Positions 48,024 through 61,452 of a DNA stretch of 64,000 bases are shown piece by piece (within the stretch, counting starts at the first letter, position 1; the number at the start of each line of letters is the position of its first letter). The notes under the pieces were generated by a model. That model did not search any database. It had not been told where the DNA came from and saw nothing but the letters and a program-made list of their open reading frames with translations. The DNA comes from Hydrolagus affinis (Eukaryota). The position numbers and the translations under genes were made by a program. The DNA lies in assembly GCA_012026655.1 (NCBI GenBank), contig JAAILG010000567.1:1-64000 (forward strand), given 5' to 3'.

Positions 48024-50481
48024 ACAAAAACACATAAATTTTCTGCTCAGCACATCTAGATTCACAGCACATGGTTGTGTTCTTTCAATTAGCTGCTAAT
48101 TCAGGCCATTAAAATGTGTGACAAAATCATTACAAGAGATAAATGCGCATTGCCTGTTAATTCCGAATAGTATGCCAAGTGGAATGAACACACAGATCAC
48201 AAGAGATGTTAACAAAACAACTCATGTTATTGAAGCCTATTTAATTGAAACATTGAAGAATGACTGGAATATCACCCTCTAGTCCGTAATGACATTTGTA
48301 GTATTTGTTCATGTTTCTTGCTGTTGGCAGAACAAGCGATCAACTTCTCCCTATGGGGCATCTTCACACATCTGCCACCGCAGTGCAGACCACCCTCTTC
48401 AGAGATTTGGAAGCTCCATTGCCAGGACAAGTGAGCACAATTGTGAAATAACTGTACGTTGGAGTTTAGTCGTCGCTGTCAGACTTGTTAAATTCATCTC
48501 ACAATCTGAAAAGCCTGAATCCCATAGAACCAGCAGAGCTGCTCCTAACTAAGATAACTCTGCAACACCCTTGCAATATCAACACAACATAAAGACTTCA
48601 GTCGCTACCACACTTAGCAAAATCACCACGTGAAATGCCTGATTTTCATTCAAGTAGCTATATTTTTTCAGCAAAGTGTTTTATGTTGCACAGAATGATA
48701 ACATTAAACAGACCAGGGATAATTGGAAGGTTCAATTTTCTTTTGATAATACAGCTCCGATTCAGCTTTATTCCCACCCGTGTTACATTATGTATTTTAC
48801 TTGCGCTCTGCACAGGACATCTTACCGGGCAGAGAACTTCGAGTGAAATGCCATACTTGGAGAATTTATGTATGGTAGGATGATCAGGCAGAGGCCTGCT
48901 GGAACTTCGTGTGAATGAAAAGCAGTTCTGTTAATTGAAGAAACGATGGAATGTGCAGACCTCCAGTAATTGAATGTAATTGAAGACAGCAGCCTGTTTA
49001 AGAGAGAATGGTTCTCACAGCAAGGCATATATACTAACTGCATGCCAGTCATCGTCCCCTGGTCAACCACAAAGTGATTGGACTGACAAAGCCTAGAGGC
49101 AGTGCTGAGGAGGGCTGCTCAGGTTTGAGAGAGAATGTCTCATTGTACCTTTTAGAGATGTATAACACTTTAAATATGATTTTAAACAAGGTACTTGCCC
49201 AACATTTCACCCAGCCCGGGTATTGAACCCTGGTCCTCCTGTTTGTGAGGTGAGTACTCTGACCAATTTGTTACAGGACTCCACACTTCAGATTAGCAGA
49301 ACTCTTTTGTGATTCTTAACAGACATCAGAGGAAAAATATTGCATCCTTTCTGTGTAGGGCTCACTTTCAACTTGTGTTCAGCAGGCAGTAGCACTGTAC
49401 TACTGAATAGATCCCCAAATGTACTCGGGCACATGATTCTGAAATTCCCATACAAGACATAGTCACTGCACTTGCCAGTAAAATTCTGTGAAACGCTTTG
49501 AGACATCTTTCCTGGAAGAAGGACACAATATCAAGCACAAGGTTATTGTTTTATTACAGATATTCCAATTCAGTTTTCCATGAATGTAATTTATTTTTAT
49601 TGCAAGAATTTGTGTGAGCTGCAAACAAAACAAATTATAAACACGTCAAACTTTGTGCTATAAAGCTATGAAGTCAATGGAAAAACTCGTTTGAAAACTG
49701 AAAGATGATTAAATGCTGATTTTTTTAAAAAAAGAGTAACATAGAATAAAAAGCTTAACACACGCTGTATATTAAAACAAAATATGCATTTCCATTTTTT
49801 ACCTAATTATAAATCTCTGTTTCACATTATTATAGAGAAAACAATTTAATACTTAGCAACTCAACCATGTACGATTTAAATGATACATAACTACTGTTTC
49901 CCAAAGACCGTTATTAGTTAAGAAACTGGAACTAAAGACTTTAATTAAAATGGTAATATTGGCTCCCATGACATATTTAAAATTCATTTTCTCTCCAAAC
50001 ATTGTACTAGTATAGTAATTAGGAAGCAGCTTAGCGAACGTGGTGATTCAGAGAGACGTTATAATTTAAAAGTTGAGTCCGTGAAGTAAATTGCTATTCT
50101 AACTTGGTGCGGATTTGTCTCACACAATCCACAATGTGTCTTTGGTGCAAAATGCATCTTAGTTGAAAGATTTAAGCCATAATTTGAGACTCAAGAAAGT
50201 AAAATGAAAATCAACATTCCAATCAACACAGACGTTGCCTGTTTTAAAAAGATGACATTTTGATAAAAGGGGCTGCATGTAGTGAAGAATCTATGCGTAA
50301 TCTATCTGAAGGCTGTTTGGTTGAAATTTAACTTCTGTGGTAGGCATTTATTGTGGTGAATGTAGAAAGTGCCCAAGACAGATACAACTGTGAGAATCAG
50401 GTGATATGTTATTTCTTAACCTCCACTCTTGGTTTTTCAGTGGCATATGATTTTTCTGTTCTGCCACTAAAGCGGGATGTA

Positions 50482-50796
50482 ACAATAATAATCCTTGCAT
50501 TTGATATAGTGCCTTATCACGTCTCAAAGCGCTTCAGAGAATATACTGTGAAGTGAATTGATTGTACATTTGTGGACGATCCCTGGCAGCCAATTGTGCA
50601 CAGCAGTGTCCCATAAACAGTCATGGATTGAAGCGACCATTTTTTTAAATATGCAAACCAATTAACAACTGGTTCCTACCCACCTTCTAGGTAAACAGAG
50701 GCATGTGGAGTAAGGAAACTTGCCCAATGTTTCGCCCTGCCGGGAATCAAACTCGCATGTCTAGATTGTGAGGCGAGTGCTCTAACCACTGAGCTA
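50482..50796 (-). mobile_element. Long-form SINE
   Basis: ctaggtaaacagaggcatgtggagtaaggaaacttgcccaa plus tRNA head. Confidence 0.8.
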
Positions 50797-50846
50797 TATA
50801 TTATATATAGATATAGATATATATAGATATAGATATATATATATAG
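50796..50846. repeat. (ATATAG)n/(TA)n microsatellite at a SINE 5-prime end
   Basis: Direct inspection. Confidence 0.9.
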
Positions 50847-53800
50847 CTCCATAGTCGGAGGGAAAAAGAGTCCTGCCTCTGGCACTCTCTGGGGTGAAAA
50901 CTTATGACCTGTAGAACGTTAATTATCCACTGGTCTATAAATGAGACCTCGGACATTATTGGTTTTGAAACTAAGCAATACTGTGGAAAAAAAAATGACA
51001 AATTCTGGCAGCACTTAATCCTATATCATACACCAAACAGACAATTGTGATATGGTGAGCCTGGAATTGTGCAACAACAAATAGATATTGAGATCAAAGC
51101 CAATACCAATACTAGTGCAGACACAGAATTCTGTCTATCCAATTTCACACGGGCTTTTGTGGGTCTCACTGAGTGGCCTGCATGATGGATTTCATCTTGG
51201 CAATCACAACCACTCTCACTGTACCACTGTGTCCTTAATATAGCTAGATTTAACATTAGCGTACCATGGATCAGTGATTTATTTATGAATATAATCATGC
51301 ATTAATTCTCTTTGACATTTTCTGAACTCTGCCTTGCCTCACACATAGTGTCTCTCAGCAAGAGTGCAAATGCTCTGTGAATAAGACTTGAAACAGATTC
51401 TTCTGATGTCTCCCAATTAACATTGTACACCAGATTCTGGCACCAGCACAGACTAAAATCCAACTTTGTAATGAGGTTCTGTACATGACTGTTCTGCTTT
51501 GTGTCACTTGAGGGGAGAGCAGCTTCCTGGAAGAGGCCTTTGAATTACAGATCAAACATTTGTTTCCCTCAAGGCTGGCAGCCCAGCAAGAGCTTCTTTT
51601 TTTTCTTTTTCTTTTTGTACACCGGGCTCAAAAGATCAAGCTGCTGTGATTTTGAAAGTGACACTATCCTATGATCTTCACTAGTGTTTCTGAATGACTT
51701 CCAGTGCCAGTCAGTCCCCCCACCCCCTCAAACAAAAAGGGAATGAAAACTGCTTGTCGAGCATATTGTGGACTCTCAAGACGAGGCTTCTCTCTGCTTG
51801 CTACCTCTGCACTCTGTGACTCATCACTTTAGCCTCGGCAAGTCATCCGGGGAGACGTTTCGTCACGGAATACAGCGCGTGTCGTTTTGCAACTAAAATA
51901 AAAAGCATTCAGCGTAACGAAAAGCAACGCACATGTATTGATTAGACTGGACCAAAATTCACCATTGTGAATTGATTGGAGTACACTGACTATTCATCAA
52001 TGCAATACATTCGTCATTAATACACCGAGCATGCTGCTGAATGTCTTTCTCTATACTGTATAATGAAATGCCTCTAATCTGACATATGTCTTGGCTAAGG
52101 GACAGTTAAATTCATGCTGAAGGCTGATAGTGAGCTCTAAAATGCATTTTCAAAGCACTTTAGATACAATTTGAAAGTTGTTATCAAGATATTAGCCCCA
52201 AATGACAACTTTTTAAATATTTATAAACAGAATTACAAAATTGAAAGCTAAAATTTGTTCTTATTGCTTCCCCCTGACGTGAAAGGCGCTATACAAGTGT
52301 AATTTTGTTCTTAATACATAAGCCTACCAAGCTGAAGAGAGGGAAATATTTCCTGGGTATCCTCGTCAACAATCCCCCAGACGAAAATTACATTCATTGT
52401 TTGTAAGTAATTAGTAGGCACAAATTGGCCGTGACATTCGCCTGCAAAATTCACAGTGACTATACCTTAAAGAAAAATTCAGTGAAATGCTTTGAGACAC
52501 CCTGATGTGAACTGCACTATATCAAATGCAAGGATTAATATTATCTGCTGACAATTTGTGACCTTCTGTCTTGCTCGATGACATCTGCGGCATTGCCAGA
52601 TTTGACAGATAGTCTACCAATGTTTGCTGGTTGTTAGACTGGAACTTCACCTCAGATTTTTAAACATTTCGGACCATCAATATGTCTCAACATCCATCTG
52701 TTCAATATCATATAATCTATCTGATATTCAGCACTTTGTGTTTGCTGCCAATAGCAAACTGCTCCTCTGAAAGTCCATGAGATTCATACAAGTAGAGGTC
52801 AGAAGCATTCTATCGTGATACTTTCCAAGCTTTCTTCCAAGTGCTGGAATGAATGTGCGTTGATTAGTGATCTGGGCCCATTGCTTGAACAGATCATGAC
52901 TTTGCCGTGTTCGGGAAGAACAAATATTTTGCCCAGACTCACTTTGTTTTTGGTAGTTTGCCCATTTTCCAAGGCTCATTTAAAAACCCTTACTGTGTGA
53001 GTAAAGCAATATTCTTAGTAGAGAAGTAGAAGAATAAAACACTTGGAGAGCAAACTGCTATCCAGGCATTGACCTCTTCCATGAAACTGATCTACCTGAA
53101 GCACTTTAGGTGCATCATTACATAATTAGAAAGCAACCTCCAGGTAACATTACTGATTACACTCAAGGAGGGTTAGTCAAATTAATCCACTGCGAGTGAG
53201 CACTCGGATATCCCTAAATGTGTAGGATTTCAGAATTTACCATCACATCATCGGCAAATTTGGATTTGCAAAAATACGGGAGATGCTGATCAATGAAAAC
53301 TTTAAAGATCATTTCCACTGGAGAACTCCATACAAGTACAGTAGATAGCTATTCTATTGGTCAGCCAAGCACCTGACATGTGCAAACTGAACCCTATGCA
53401 TAATAATAATTGTTGTGTTTGATATAGCGCCTTACCACATCGTTAATCACAAGGGCTTTGGAGGATATAGTGTAAAATGGATTAACTGTTTATTTTGTGG
53501 CTAAATCAGATAAGAGTATCCATTTGTGGGCAGATTTCACCCACATATATATAGTCAATTCACTTTACAGTATATCCTGTGAAGCACTTTGAGACGTCCA
53601 GAAGACATGAAAAGCGCTATATCAAATGCAAGGATTACTATTTATTATTATAAGGGTATCCAAACCAAACAGAGTTTTTTGCATCCCATCTACCTGTGGA
53701 AATGCTCATGTTTGGAATGGAATGTACACTTTTTCCCTGGAACGTGGTATCTGTTTATCTAATTCCAGAGAGCGTTAGATGCAGGTTAGCAAGAACCAAG

Positions 53801-54614
53801 GCTTGGGGACCCCGGAGTGTGAATTGAGCAACCGCTAAAACCAGCTAACCCTGCCTAGCTTGCAATTGAAAGCGCTGACTAGTGAGCTTGTCCAGCTAGG
53901 ACCATCCTATCTGTTAGGGCTTGCAGGATTAACAGGAGCTGATTCAGTGTCCTGAGAGGTGATGGGTAAAATATCATTCCCTAGTAAACAACAACAGCAA
54001 AATTACATTTGTATAGCAAGCACTGTGGCCTGAAAATCGACATGGTCTCATTCTTAAAATATTCTTAAAATAAAGCACTCCAAGATCTTATCCTGCATGA
54101 AGGGTACTCTATGAATGTCAGCTATTGTTGATGCGCTTGTAAAACCATGCAGAATTTTAGAAAAAGCTTAAATTCCATCATATAATTAGGATGATGGTTT
54201 TCTGTAGGCCTGGATCTGACTTCTAAATTAAGGAAGAATGTGAAATATTTTGCCAATTTATGCATCATCTTACATTTTACAACCATGATCTAAATAAAGG
54301 CTAAGACCATATCAAATTACAGGACTCAATTGTGAAACAAGCCCCTCATTTGCCTGGAAATTTACCACACTTCACAATAATTCCTGTGATGCACTTTGAG
54401 AAGTTTTGAAGACATAAGGCACGATATCAAATGATAAGATGAATTTTTATTATGAATTTGCTGTGTCCAGCAACTCAAATAACATCTTGCCTGAGGCCGT
54501 TGGAACAATTTATCAGTTAAGCAAGGGAATCATAACACAATTAAGGGCAGCCGTTACAGCTCTCTCAACTACTGGAAAATGAATCAAGACTATTGCCACT
54601 AAATATACCCACTT

Positions 54615-54987
54615 ATAATAATAATAATAATACAGTACTTGCATTTTTATATAGAGCCTTGTTGAGATGTTTCAAAGTAGTTCACAGAATACATTGTAAA
54701 GCAGATTGACTGAGTATTTTGTGGCAAACAACGCAGCAGCCAATTGCGCACAGTAGAATCCCACGAACAGTTGTGGATTGAGTAACCCAAATTATATTTT
54801 TGGAGGGAATATTGCCACTGGAAAGTAATCATCCAATCAACCATCAACCAGGTTCCTACTTACTGCTAGGTAAACAGAGACACGTGGTGTAAGGAAACTT
54901 GCCTAAGGTTTTTCCTTGCCCGGGAATCAAACCTATGGTTCTCTCACTTGCAAGATGAACGCACTAACCACTACGCTACAGGACTCA
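54615..54987 (-). mobile_element. Long-form SINE, full length
   Basis: ggttcctacttactgctaggtaaacagag plus head tctaaccact..ctacaggactc. Confidence 0.8.
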
Positions 54988-55802
54988 ACTTGTGAATGTG
55001 AATCTTAACCCTAAACTTTGAAGTGCTCAATGTCTTCATGTAGAGAAGTATACCCCTCCACTGTAGATTATCAATGCAGCAGATTGTTGGGGAAAAGGCA
55101 GGTAAATTGCTTGTAAAGGATCGTTCTTAAAAGAGCCAGCTCAGATACGATGGGTTGATAAAATGGCCTTCTTCTGTGTTGTAGTTCACAAGCTAAACAT
55201 ACAACAACATTTTTTTTGTCAGCATTTAGTTTAGAATGAGAGTCAGAATAAAGGAAGGTTAGAGAGAGAGAGAAAGAGGTAGAATTTTAAAGAGAATGAG
55301 AGAGATTAGCACCCTCACCAATTTACATTCGTGCAATGATCTAAACTACTTTAGTACTCATGATGGAGCCTGTCTCAATTAGTAGAGATAATTTCCTCTC
55401 CACTACATACCAATTCTCGGCTCTGAGTGAAATGTCCAGTGACGTGGAAGCATCCAATCCAATGTAACTCCAGTGTCCCAATGTGACTAAATCACCACTA
55501 TTACAAGTGTAAAAAAAATTGATCTTTCCCCCAAGTGTGCTTATAACAGACACAAATCATCAACTTTATTAAGTATAACACAGATTTTTATCATGCCCTT
55601 TCTTTGTCAAGAAATTGCCCAAAAGGAAAACATCATCCAGGTTTGCGATGTATGGTTTGCAAATGCCACGTTTAATGTCACTCTGATGAATGACACTCAA
55701 ATATTGGGGTGCACTTTATTGTGGGAGATGCCATCCTTTAAATGAGATGTTAAGTTGAGGTCCCCTTTGCCTGTTTAGATGGAAATTAAAGATCCTATGG
55801 CA

Positions 55803-56110
55803 GTGGTCCTTCAGCTCAGTGGTTAGAGCATTTGCCTTGCAAGCGAGAGATCTGGGTTCAATTCCAGGCAGGGTGAAACCTTGGGCAAGTTTCCTTACTC
55901 CACAAGCCTGATAATAATCTCTTGAAAAAATTTAATAAATTGATTATTTCAATCCACGACTGTTTGTGGGACGCTGCTGTACACAATTGGCTGCCGCATT
56001 TCACCCACCAAATATACAATCAATTAATTTTGCAGTATAATCTGTAAAGCTCTTTGAGACGTGTAGAAGCTGTGAAAACGCTATATTAAATGCAAGGATT
56101 ATTATTACTA
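55803..56110 (+). mobile_element. Young SINE, full length, inserted into a Deu-domain SINE
   Basis: Interrupts the Deu motif gatcctatggca|..ttgaa; the host continues to about 56335. Confidence 0.85.
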
Positions 56111-56976
56111 TTACTTGAAAAGGGAAAGGAAATTCTTCTGCTATCCTGGCCAACAATCCCCCGGATAAAATTGGTCAATAATTTCATGGCTGATTTGTGG
56201 GACATTACTGGAAAAAAAAATTGGCTGCTTGTTTGCTTACAAAATATGCAGTCACTATGCTTCACAGTAAAAATCTTGAGATGATTTCACAATGTTATAA
56301 AGCATTATATCAATTTCCAATGCAAGGATTATAATACAGTACTATTGTAACCCTCCTGCATACTTTCTCATCCATCTCTCCAAATCCTTCAACTATGGAA
56401 TTCCTTAGTTCCCTAAATCTTCCCTTCTTCCTGCGATCTACTGGCCCTTGAAACTCAACCTTGGCATCACCACTTCTTGATGTATTACATTGTTCTCCCC
56501 ATCTCCTTTCATCCTTACGAATGTTGTTAACCTTGGGCTTTAGCCCTTCACATTTCTTTTTCACAAAAATATACATATATTGAGAGACTGCCAAGGCCAT
56601 AATTCATAAAATATTTCTGTCTGTTTCTCGGAAGAAGGAAATACTTGTTTCCCAGAATAGTCTGGACGATAGGAATTCAGTATATGGAATACTTTCATTT
56701 AGGCAGGCAGGATGGACAAAATTGAGTCTCTGATTCAGGTCACAGAGCAGTAGAACATACAAAGTAATACCTGACCAGATTTACAAATGTTTCATATCAT
56801 AAGTAAACAAACTAGGTCACCTCACTAGGTGAGGTGTCTCTTATCTCTTGACAAGTCAGTGGCAGCAAGTGAGTTACTACCTCACCTAGCGAGCATTGCC
56901 AGACACTGCGGAAGATAGCGAGGCCATTAGGTGAGTAGAACTAGTGCAGGAGAGAGCCAAGGCCAGTAGTAGAGAA

Positions 56977-57340
56977 CAGCAACCACAAAATTACATTTGT
57001 AGAGCACCGTTTACGTCGGGAGGACTTCCCAAGGCGCTGAATAGTGAGGGGTCGGGCCTGAGCAGCGGGGGGTGAAAGTAGGGTTGCGATGAGGGTCGGC
57101 AGAGATGTAGGAGGGCGATTGAAGACACGGTAGAAGAGGAGGGTCTTGAGACCAGCCTTGAATGAGGCAAGGGAGGGAGCAAGGCGAAGGGATTGTGGGA
57201 TGGAGTTCCAAAGTGTGGAGGCATTGAGGCTGTAGGCCCAGCCACCGATGGTAGGGCAGGTCGAGCGGGAGACATGGAACAGGCCACAGCCTGCTGAACG
57301 GAGGCAGCAGGCAGGTTGATAGGGGGTTAGCAGGTCAGAA
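56977..57340 (-). mobile_element. L2 3-prime fragment
   Basis: Terminal cagcgccttgggaagtcctcccgacgtaaacggtgc stem-loop. Confidence 0.8.
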
Positions 57341-59261
57341 AAGCCAAGTCATTGCACATGTGCGAAAGGCTTGATGCCATGATAAAAAGATAACTTGTTT
57401 CTGTAAACTCAGATTGCTTTATTTGTCAAAAGGTCATCAGTCACCACTGCCACCTTGCTTACATTTTATCAAATGCACCAAAATAATCAAAATATCTAAA
57501 GGGCCTACATCTTGGGGCTGGAATCTAAGCTTATTGGGGACATTCTGTTCAACTTTCTGTAAATCAGAAATAATCATCTCTCCCATATTTGACAGAGCTC
57601 TGCTCAGCAATCCCATCTCCTAAATAATATTCTTTGTATTTAATCAACTCACATTCACCTACAATGACACAGTCACTCCACTTTTACAGTAAATCCTGGG
57701 AGGTGCTTTGAGACATCCTCAACATGAAAAGTGCTATTCCAAATGTAATAATAAATATTATTATGGTGCCAATCACATCATAACTTCTCAAAAACACTTC
57801 ACAGCTAATTACCATAAGGTGTGATATAATCCGATAAATTGATAATACCTGCACCTGAGCTCAAGTCCAATTATAGACAGACAAATAGCTCATAGGTTCA
57901 AGGCAGACAACAAAATTCCTTGCGTCTCACACCCTTCTTCAAATGTTGAGTGCTACCACTGGTATACAGCAGAATTTAGAGGAGAAACCCAGACTATATG
58001 GGTTCAATGTCTCGACATGGGACTTGAATCCGCAAAAACCTTCTTACTCAGAGACTAGAGTGTTACCAATACCAACTGGGCCAGGCTGACACACAAGATT
58101 GGTAAAAAATTAAGCACCAGACTTCATTCCAGTATAATAGTACGCATTACATCATAGCCACGGTGACACACAGGCTTATTCGCACTGCAGGGGATCCACA
58201 ATTCACTCTGGAAACTCAGAATATAATTCACATCCGAGTCACAGAAACCGATTGCACTGTAATTCAATAAAGGCCAGGTAGCATTTATATAACAAGCACC
58301 ATATGTGCATATTTGTTTTTTTAATAACACAGGGCCCAACACATAAATCTACCAAGGAACCCTTAGCTGAGTCAATTAAATCCCAGTTTATTGTTTAACA
58401 CACTAACTTACTGAATACTATATTTCTTATATAAGCGAGTCTCCGTATCTTCTTTACAAGTGGAATAACCATATTCAACAACCTCATAGTATACCGTGTA
58501 GGCTTCATATCCAATGTTTGTGCAACGTTTGTGTTGAATGAATAAAAAGATTAATTACAGACTTGTCGTGAAGGTTTGGTCCATCCCAGCAATCTCATCA
58601 CAACAGTTTATGCTAAGTTGCTCACATTCGGTTATAAAAGAGGATGCAGTACAGTAATTGAATGCATACGCTAGCTAGTTATTCGGACTTGCCCTTGGCC
58701 AGGAGGTTGAATTGGTTTAGATCAAGGTTGTGTGCATTGGTTACATGTTTTCTCCAGGTCAACCTGGCATTTTACTGCAGCTGAATCCCAATGTATTTTT
58801 AAACTATAACCAATGTAAAAATCCTTCAGCAGTGTTGTGCATTTACACTTAGACATTTCAATACATCAGAAAACTGGTTTCAGATCCTTAACAACTTTAA
58901 AAGAAAACTAACCAGGATTTAACGTGCCTGAGGAGAGTTCTGCACACGCAGTTAAATTGATCATATTGTATCGCTTCCAGTTTTATGAAAGGAATTCCAA
59001 AATGGTTTGTACCTGGTTTCTAGACGGAATGGCATGATAAAATGGATGAGCTTTTCTTATTCCATGCTCTTCATTTCCTTCTAAGTTAATGGCACTATTA
59101 CTAAAGTAACTGGAATACAGAAACATTCAGTCCCATCACTTTCGAAGATCATGGGTGATTCACAAAATCCTTGTCATTCAAAATAAAGTAGCTCTGACAA
59201 GCCACAGTACAGTGTAGTTGGAAGATTACATAGTCAGTCTGGCCATTTCACCAGCATAGAG

Positions 59262-59581
59262 TAATAGTAATCTTAGCATTTCATATAGCGCCTTTTCATG
59301 TCATCGAGACATCTCAAAGCATATACTGTGAAGTGATTTGACTGTATATATTGTGGGTGAAACATGGCAGTCAATTGCACACAGGAGTGTCCCACAAACA
59401 GTCATGGATTAAGTGACCAATTTTTTTGAAGAGATTATTACCCCCTGGAAAGTGATCCGCCGATCGACTAACAACTGGGTTCCTACTTATTTCTAGGTAA
59501 GCAGAAGAGTGTTGAGTAAGGAAACATGAAAAGGTTTTGTCCTTCTCAGCAATGCTCTAACCACTGCACTGCAAGACTCCA
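59262..59581 (-). mobile_element. Long-form SINE with internally deleted head
   Basis: Tail, body and ggttcctacttatttctaggtaa segment. Confidence 0.75.
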
Positions 59582-61215
59582 TGTGCTACAATTTGGACCC
59601 CAGCATTTTAAAAGGTGGGTCACTGTGTAGTTTTCACTGAGTTACTATCTTCACTGAGCTATTGTCTTAAAAATGATTCCCTCAAAACATATTTTGCTCG
59701 TACCACTGCACATACTTAAGGTTACATATTCCCCACTACCATGCATAGCATTGAGAGGTAAACAGTAAAATCGTTAAGTAAAATGTCCCTTACCTTTCCT
59801 TCCAGCAAATCCGGGCCTAATAAATCCTGATCATCTCAGAGGGTATAGGAAAAATGGATCACCTTAATGATAAAAGACCTGTTTTTATCTTAATGTATCA
59901 ATAAAACATCCCTATCTGCTCTTCCAGTGGATCTTGGTCTAGCAAACTTTCAGAGGGTTCCGAAAAAATGGACCATCTTATTTCTCTTTCCATAAAAGAT
60001 CTGTGTATAACTTTAAATGGGTAAATACAGTCAAGCGTGAAGTGTCTGAATTATAGCAAATTTAGATATTCAGAAAAGAAGCTAAAGTCTACCAACTTTG
60101 GGTCACTTTGGGTTCAGAATCTTGTTTTTCACTCATCCCTATTCAAAATACCCCTAGGTAATAGAGGCAATGAAATGCATCCTGGCAATCATTAAAATCA
60201 GTTGGCTACAGTTTCAGAGCTACTTAGCATCTGTCTGAACCCATACTGTACATTAGGATTGCAAAACTAGTACTTATTTCCATTAGAATACCCATAACTA
60301 ATGACACCAGCTATGGGATGCATTCTGCAGGTTAAAGCAAAGAGATGACAGACATAATAAGGTGATTTGATAAGATAGACCTTTCCAGCCTCAAAAATAG
60401 ATGTCTCAGATGGAACTTTATAGAGGGGCATACTGTACAAGATGTTTCACTTGATTGAGAAACCAAATTTAAAAAATATACTCTCATATTTTTCTATGTA
60501 CTCTATCAAAGGCATTCATCTTCTTTGACAGCCTTTATTATAGTCACCCTTAACCTTTTCTATTTCCTGCAGAAATAGTTCCTAACTTTTTAGGTCTTTG
60601 CATGTAACTGTAACCTCTCATTCCTTCCTGGAGATTTGGAGTTGGAGATAGTAACCAGCTAACAGATACATCAATTGCAAGTTTGCCAACAGAGCTCTTG
60701 CTTTTCAATGCATTGTACCAAAAAAAAAGTACTGCGGAACATCTTTCTTATTAATATCTTTAAAACCAGCAAAACATCTAGTGTATCATTCTAAGAAATG
60801 TTTTCAGGCAACAGAAAGCAAGTGAAGAGAAGGATTTAAGAGAAGGATTTTCCCGAGAGGAATGTCCTTCAATCTGGGGATGGAGGATAAGGTCATTACT
60901 ACATTGAACATATACTTGTACTGCTCATTTGCAAGTAATGTTTACAATAAAATACAAATTTACATTTATAGAGCATCTTTCAAGACAAGAGGATGTCCCA
61001 ATAATAATCCTTGCATTTAATATAGCACTTTGTCCCATTAGTTAGACTCCTCAAAGTGTTTCACAGAATATATCGTAAGGTGAATTGATTGTGTATTTCG
61101 AGTGAAAAACTCAGAAATTAACAGAACTGGCTGAGAACCTGAACTAGTGCTACGTGCCGAGGGGGCTGGCGAGGGGAGAGGCAGTCAAGATCACAGTCAA
61201 TAAGGTAGTTATTAC

Positions 61216-61452
61216 CATAATAATCATAATAATCCTTGTATTTATACAATGCTTTTCATGTCTTCTGGACGTCTCAAAGCAATTTATAGAATATACTATA
61301 AAGTGAATTAACTGTATATTTGTGGGCAAAATTCGGCAGCCAATTGCGCACAGCACCGTCCCACAAACAGTCGTGGCTTGAAATGACCAATTTATTATTG
61401 TGTTTTTTTCTTTAGGGATTATTATCAGGTGTGTGTGGAGTGAGGAAAGTTG
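61216..61452 (-). mobile_element. Young SINE, head-less
   Basis: Body and tail match the family. Confidence 0.8.

Noticed and set aside
55803-55875. tRNA genes at SINE heads
   Set aside because: There is no acceptor stem, the anticodon varies among copies (TAC/TGC), and each head is followed by SINE body.
56310-56600. 96-aa minus-strand ORF as an exon
   Set aside because: Purine-rich sequence resembling an antisense L2 remnant; no recognisable domain.
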